A DNA stretch of 64,000 bases. Source: Vulcanimicrobiota bacterium. Lineage in GTDB: Bacteria; Vulcanimicrobiota; Vulcanimicrobiia; Vulcanimicrobiales; Vulcanimicrobiaceae. Location: positions 672,001-736,000 of the forward strand of contig CAWHWQ010000001.1 of assembly GCA_963833095.1 (NCBI GenBank), read 5' to 3'. The position numbers were made by a program, and so were the translations under genes. This document shows, one piece after another, positions 60,349-64,000 of the stretch (its first letter is position 1; every line of letters begins with the position of its first letter). The notes below the pieces were generated by a model. It was given only the letters and a program-made list of their open reading frames with translations, was not told where the DNA came from and did not search any database.

Positions 60349-61244
60349 CGTACAACTCCAAAGCTGGGACGCCAGGCGCTTCCCGCGATCAACGCCGAAA
60401 CGATGGCGCGCGTCGCCGGCGAGCGGTTGAGCGTATAAAAGTGAATTCCCGGCGCGCCCTGCCCAAGAAGCTCGGTCGCCTGCAAGGCCGCGTAGGCGAC
60501 GCCTAAGTCTTCCACCGCTTTGGGATCCTCGCGCCGCAATTCGAGTTCGCGCAGGAGCTTAGGCGGAATCGACGCGCCGATGCTGTTGGTAAAGCGCGTC
60601 ACCTGCGACGCGTTGGTAATCGGCATGAGGCCCGGAATCACCGGCACGCCAATGCCGATCGCGCGCGCTTGCGCGGCGAATTCGCCGAAACGGTCATTGT
60701 CGAAAAACAATTGGGTAATGAGGAAATCCGCGCCCGCATCGACCTTCTCTTTGCAATGCTGTAGGTCGGCATCCGGGCTTGAGGCCTCCTTGTGCGTCTC
60801 GGGGTAGCACGCAGCACCGATGCAGAAGTCGTAGTTGCGGCGCAGCATCGCGATCAGATCGCTCGCATGAGCAAACCCGCCGGCCGGTGCTTCAAACGAC
60901 GCCGCTCCCTTGGGCGCATCGCCGCGAAGAGCGAGAACATTCTCAATCCCACCCCGCGCAAGATCGTCAAAGAGCGCGCGCAGTTCCGCGCGCGTCGAGC
61001 CGACACAGGTCACGTGCGCCATTACGGTAACGCCGATGTCGCGTTGAATCTGTTTGGCCAGCGCCACCGTCCGCTCGCGCGACGAGCCGCCGGCACCGTA
61101 GGTGATCGAGACGAAGGCCGGGCGCAGCGGAGCGAGTAATTCGATCGTGCGAAGAAGCGCGCGCGATCCTTCGTCGTCCTTGGGCGGAAAGAACTCAAAC
61201 GAGAAGAACGGCCGTTGTGTCGCTAGGGCATCCGATATACGCAC
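60345..61244 (-). CDS. metF: 5,10-methylenetetrahydrofolate reductase
   Basis: SFEFFPPK, SITYGAGGS, ALRGD, ITQLFFD and HFYTLN. Confidence 0.97.
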   Translation of the reverse strand: MRISDALATQRPFFSFEFFPPKDDEGSRALLRTIELLAPLRPAFVSITYGAGGSSRERTVALAKQIQRDIGVTVMAHVTCVGSTRAELRALFDDLARGGIENVLALRGDAPKGAASFEAPAGGFAHASDLIAMLRRNYDFCIGAACYPETHKEASSPDADLQHCKEKVDAGADFLITQLFFDNDRFGEFAAQARAIGIGVPVIPGLMPITNASQVTRFTNSIGASIPPKLLRELELRREDPKAVEDLGVAYAALQATELLGQGAPGIHFYTLNRSPATRAIVSALIAGSAWRPSFGVVR

Positions 61245-61298
61245 GATTGCCGTAGGCTTATCTAAAGCTGGCGGCGACGCCTCCGCGAAGCCAAGCGT

Positions 61299-61646
61299 TC
61301 AGACGGTCCATGTCCAGTCGATCGGGTAGTTGAAAATCGGGGTGAATGTCACGCCGACCGCCTCCATATCCCTGCGGCCGTCGACGACCATCTCCTTGAG
61401 CCCGTCCAGCTGCGCCGCATGCTCGTCGGAGTCCCAGACGCTAACCTGCACGATCGAGCCCTTCGGCGAGACGCCCGCATAAAAATGAATGAGCCCCGAG
61501 AGCCGCCTGATCGCCGGGATGATGTACTCCGAGGTCTTCTTGCTCATGGCGTCGACCTCGGCGAACCGGCTCGGGTCGAAGCTGGCGCGCGAGACGCGGA
61601 CGACGGCGGCTGCCGGCAGTGATTCGGTTATGGTGATTCTTTCCAT
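61299..61646 (-). CDS. Small hypothetical protein, possibly ABM/ferredoxin-like fold
   Basis: IIPAIRRLSGLIHFY..VSVWDSDEHA pattern; SD-like AAGGA. Confidence 0.6.
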   Translation of the reverse strand: MERITITESLPAAAVVRVSRASFDPSRFAEVDAMSKKTSEYIIPAIRRLSGLIHFYAGVSPKGSIVQVSVWDSDEHAAQLDGLKEMVVDGRRDMEAVGVTFTPIFNYPIDWTWTV

Positions 61647-61695
61647 CGTGATCCTTTGTCTCGGTCATTACATCACGAGTGCCATCATAATATAA

Positions 61696-62184
61696 TTAAG
61701 GCGTGCATGAAGCCGACTGAGGAAAACTTTTCTCATCCACGGAGTGTGTGCAAATGGAGGCGATCAGCATTGCCGTGCGCTTATCCGGTAGTCGCGAAGC
61801 AAATCGATACGGCAATAAGCAGAGCGATGCTACGCGCACGTCCTGCCCGATGTACCCAACACGGTTACGCGATCCGTCATATGTCAGCGTTTGCGTGAAC
61901 CAAACCTTCCCGTCGTCTGCCGCAGCGAGGGCCAGTATCTGCTCGTCAATACCGGCAACCTGGTAGACGTGCAGGGTTCCGTCGGCGCGAAGCTCGCCGA
62001 TTCGCGTTCCCGCCTGCTGCGCAAACCAGACGTCGTTCTTTCGATCGACGGTTATCGGTCCCGGTACTAGCTCCACGGCGGGCAGCGCATATTGATGGAT
62101 CGGGAACCCACTCGTGGTCGAGATTCGCGCGGCGTTCATAATGATCGTGGCCAGCAATCCGAGGAACAGCGAAAGAGCACCCAT
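61696..62184 (-). pseudogene. Truncated Vgb-lyase-like propeller protein
   Basis: PGPITVDRKNDVWFAQ..RIG and ADDGKVWFTQ..RVG give only about two blades, then an unrelated tail. Confidence 0.55.
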
Positions 62185-62199
62185 CTTTTTCGGTCGTCC

Positions 62200-62547
62200 C
62201 TACGCGGCACGGCGAGCCTTTTTCGCCGTGATGTGTAAGCTGCCCGATCCCTTCGTGTATCGCACGCGAACACGAATATCGACATCGGCCCCGAGCTTAG
62301 AGAGTAACTGCGATAGTCGCGGGAGCGAAAAACCCCAGATGCGGCAGTTGACGATCTTCGAGACGTCCGCCTGAGAGACGCCAAGGCGCTTTGCCGCCTC
62401 TCGCTGCGTAAGGCCTTGGGTTTCGACCAGCCGACGAATCTCCAACGCAAGGAATGACTTAGCGTCTAACTCCTCCTGGTCGGGCTCCCCGTCCCAAGCG
62501 CTAGCTGTCACGACGCCCGTCATCACCTCATCGACCTTCTTTTTCAT
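62200..62547 (-). CDS. XRE-family HTH antitoxin (HigA-like)
   Basis: GLTQREAAKRLGVSQADVSKI..GFSLPRL; overlaps the toxin gene. Confidence 0.88.
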   Translation of the reverse strand: MKKKVDEVMTGVVTASAWDGEPDQEELDAKSFLALEIRRLVETQGLTQREAAKRLGVSQADVSKIVNCRIWGFSLPRLSQLLSKLGADVDIRVRVRYTKGSGSLHITAKKARRAA

Positions 62548-62869
62548 GGTTGCGCGACCATGCGAGCCGACGGCGGATGAGATCGAGCTCCGCCTTCGGC
62601 GTCTCGATGCCACGTTTGCTTTTCTTTTGGAAGAAGTGGAGGGCATAGATTAACTCGCTTGCGGCGTAATAGATTCCTCGAAATGTACCTTCCCGACTGC
62701 GGGCGATGATTTCCGTAGCGTCTCGGAGGTCGCCTTTCATCCGCTTCGCAGCACTCCTCGTTGCTCCGCTCTGCGCGATGATAAGAGCAGCACGAATATC
62801 ATGTCGCGGATCGGAAGGTATAGCTGCGAGCTCTTTTCTGGAACCGCCGACCCAATAGATCGGCTTCAT
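62528..62869 (-). CDS. RelE/ParE-superfamily toxin (HigB/Gp49-like)
   Basis: KPIYWVGGSRKEL, FRGIY and IYALHFFQKKSKRGIETPKAELDLIRRRL. Confidence 0.9.
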   Translation of the reverse strand: MKPIYWVGGSRKELAAIPSDPRHDIRAALIIAQSGATRSAAKRMKGDLRDATEIIARSREGTFRGIYYAASELIYALHFFQKKSKRGIETPKAELDLIRRRLAWSRNHEKEGR

Positions 62870-62880
62870 CCGAACCTAAC

Positions 62881-62910
62881 GATGATAGTCTTTCTACCAT
62901 CACGCGTCAA
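62881..62910 (-). promoter_or_regulatory. Toxin-antitoxin promoter with overlapping operator palindrome
   Basis: TTGACG-N17-TATCAT on the minus strand; inverted repeat GATGATAG-tcttt-CTACCATC (62881-62901) covers the spacer and -10. Confidence 0.75.
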
Positions 62911-62933
62911 GAACGCCGGGACAGCTGCGTTCA

Positions 62934-63590
62934 TCAGCGGAACGACGCTGCGACACCGCCGCAAATGAGCGCCCAGCCGTCGACCATGACGAAGAGCAGC
63001 AGCTTCACCGGCAGCGAGACAACCGGTGGCTGAAACATCATCATTCCAAGGCCCATTAGCATCGCCGCGACCGCGAGATCGATTGCAACGAACGGCAGAT
63101 AGAGCGCAAAACCGATCGCAAACGCGCCACGCAGCTCGCCCACGACGAAGGCCGGAATCAGGACGTTCAGGGGAGTAGCCGAGAGCGGCTCATTGCGCCG
63201 GTGGGCGACTCGCTCGAAAAGCGCGATGTCGGCAACGCGCGTCTGGCGCAGCATAAAGGCGCGGAGGGGTGCCGATGCGCGATCGAGCGCTTGCGATTGT
63301 GTCAGGGTTCCACGCGCGTACGGCTCGATCGCCTCATGCCCGATACGCTGCAGCGTCGGTTCCATTACTACCAGCGTCAACACCAGCGCGAGGCCCGAGA
63401 GCACCGCATTGGGCGGAAGGGCGGATGCGCCGATAGCGGAGCGTACCAGCGAAAGCACCACCACGATGCGCACGAACGAGGTGCACATCATTAAGAGAAA
63501 CGGCACGATGGCGAGCACGGTGAGGCCTGCCAGTACGTCGAGCGGAAGCGAGGCGTGTCCGCGGGCAGCGACGGCAAAGATTCCATCCAT
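62934..63590 (-). CDS. fliP: Flagellar export protein FliP
   Basis: TSFVRIVVVLS, PPNAVL, LIPAF..EL, YLPF..IDL and KLLLFVMVDGW. Confidence 0.95.
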   Translation of the reverse strand: MDGIFAVAARGHASLPLDVLAGLTVLAIVPFLLMMCTSFVRIVVVLSLVRSAIGASALPPNAVLSGLALVLTLVVMEPTLQRIGHEAIEPYARGTLTQSQALDRASAPLRAFMLRQTRVADIALFERVAHRRNEPLSATPLNVLIPAFVVGELRGAFAIGFALYLPFVAIDLAVAAMLMGLGMMMFQPPVVSLPVKLLLFVMVDGWALICGGVAASFR

Positions 63591-63658
63591 ACGAAAAACG
63601 GTGACGCAGCAGCATCACCGTTTCGTAAAAAAATTATTGCGGAGAAATGAACGAAGGC

Positions 63659-63943
63659 TTACGTATTACCGATCGGCGGCCGCGAGATCAGTTCGGTCAC
63701 GCGCACGCCAAAGTTCTCGTCGACCGCGACAACCTCACCACGTGCGATCAATTTGTTATTGACCATCAAGTCGATCGGGCCGCCGGCGAGCCGATCCAAT
63801 TCGATGATCGAGCCTGCGCCGAGTTTGAGGACTTCGGCTACGGACATGTGACACGTCCCTAATTCCGCCGTGACGCTGAGCGGCACGTGGAGCAACACGT
63901 CGAGGTTTCCGCGATCTTTGACTTTCTTTACGTCGATGGTCAT
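63659..63943 (-). CDS. fliN: Flagellar motor switch protein FliN
   Basis: [21 protein letters not shown] and [17 protein letters not shown]. Confidence 0.95.
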   Translation of the reverse strand: MTIDVKKVKDRGNLDVLLHVPLSVTAELGTCHMSVAEVLKLGAGSIIELDRLAGGPIDLMVNNKLIARGEVVAVDENFGVRVTELISRPPIGNT

Positions 63944-64000
63944 ACTGCCGGTTCGTCCCTTCCGGTCGGAGTGCGGTCAATTGCCAGAGCGTAGTGCTGA
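63940..64000 (-). CDS. 3' end of an upstream gene, possibly FliM/FliY-type; partial
   Basis: Minus-strand frame [23 protein letters not shown] with ATGA overlap onto fliN; identity inferred from position only. Confidence 0.4.
   Translation of the reverse strand, partial: QHYALAIDRTPTGRDEPAV

Noticed and set aside
62200..62869. Toxin-antitoxin pair as evidence of a prophage or integrated element
   Set aside because: No integrase, phage genes or att-like direct repeats were noticed
55588..63943. Injectisome-type T3SS
   Set aside because: FliN signature and fliQR-flhBA order fit the flagellar system; no needle or secretin genes are seen

Overview
High-GC bacterial chromosomal window of about 55 genes. 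No rRNA, tRNA, CRISPR array, transposase or integrase was recognised. The many 'ACGGGG'-type lipoproteins with Vgb-like propellers, the TPR-LuxR regulator and the Bacillota-like S6 leader suggest Vulcanimicrobiota (Eremiobacterota/WPS-2); this is an inference. Core genes are rpsF, ssb, rel, apt, secD/secF, metF, a SWIM-SNF2 helicase, an ABC-F protein and the flagellar export genes fliN, fliP, fliQ, fliR, flhB and flhA. Most notable observations: (1) a composite ~155-bp intergenic element (terminator-like hairpin + 39-bp identical REP-like core + YAGAACGT tandem array + conserved tail) present twice as a direct repeat around an AT-richer membrane-sensor gene, with a partial third copy and a related palindromic insert inside a helicase gene; (2) a HIRAN + RecQ-like helicase in the usual recJ position but without a nuclease domain; (3) the flagellar export cluster split between fliP and fliQ by a toxin-antitoxin/metF block; (4) an lva/ACAD10-11-like operon divergent from a secreted PHA depolymerase; (5) an S6:S18-type leader on an rpsF-ssb unit lacking rpsR; (6) several probable leaderless genes. 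A frameshift-dense zone at ~23.9-27.6 kb is most likely sequencing error. All calls are by eye; no searches were run.
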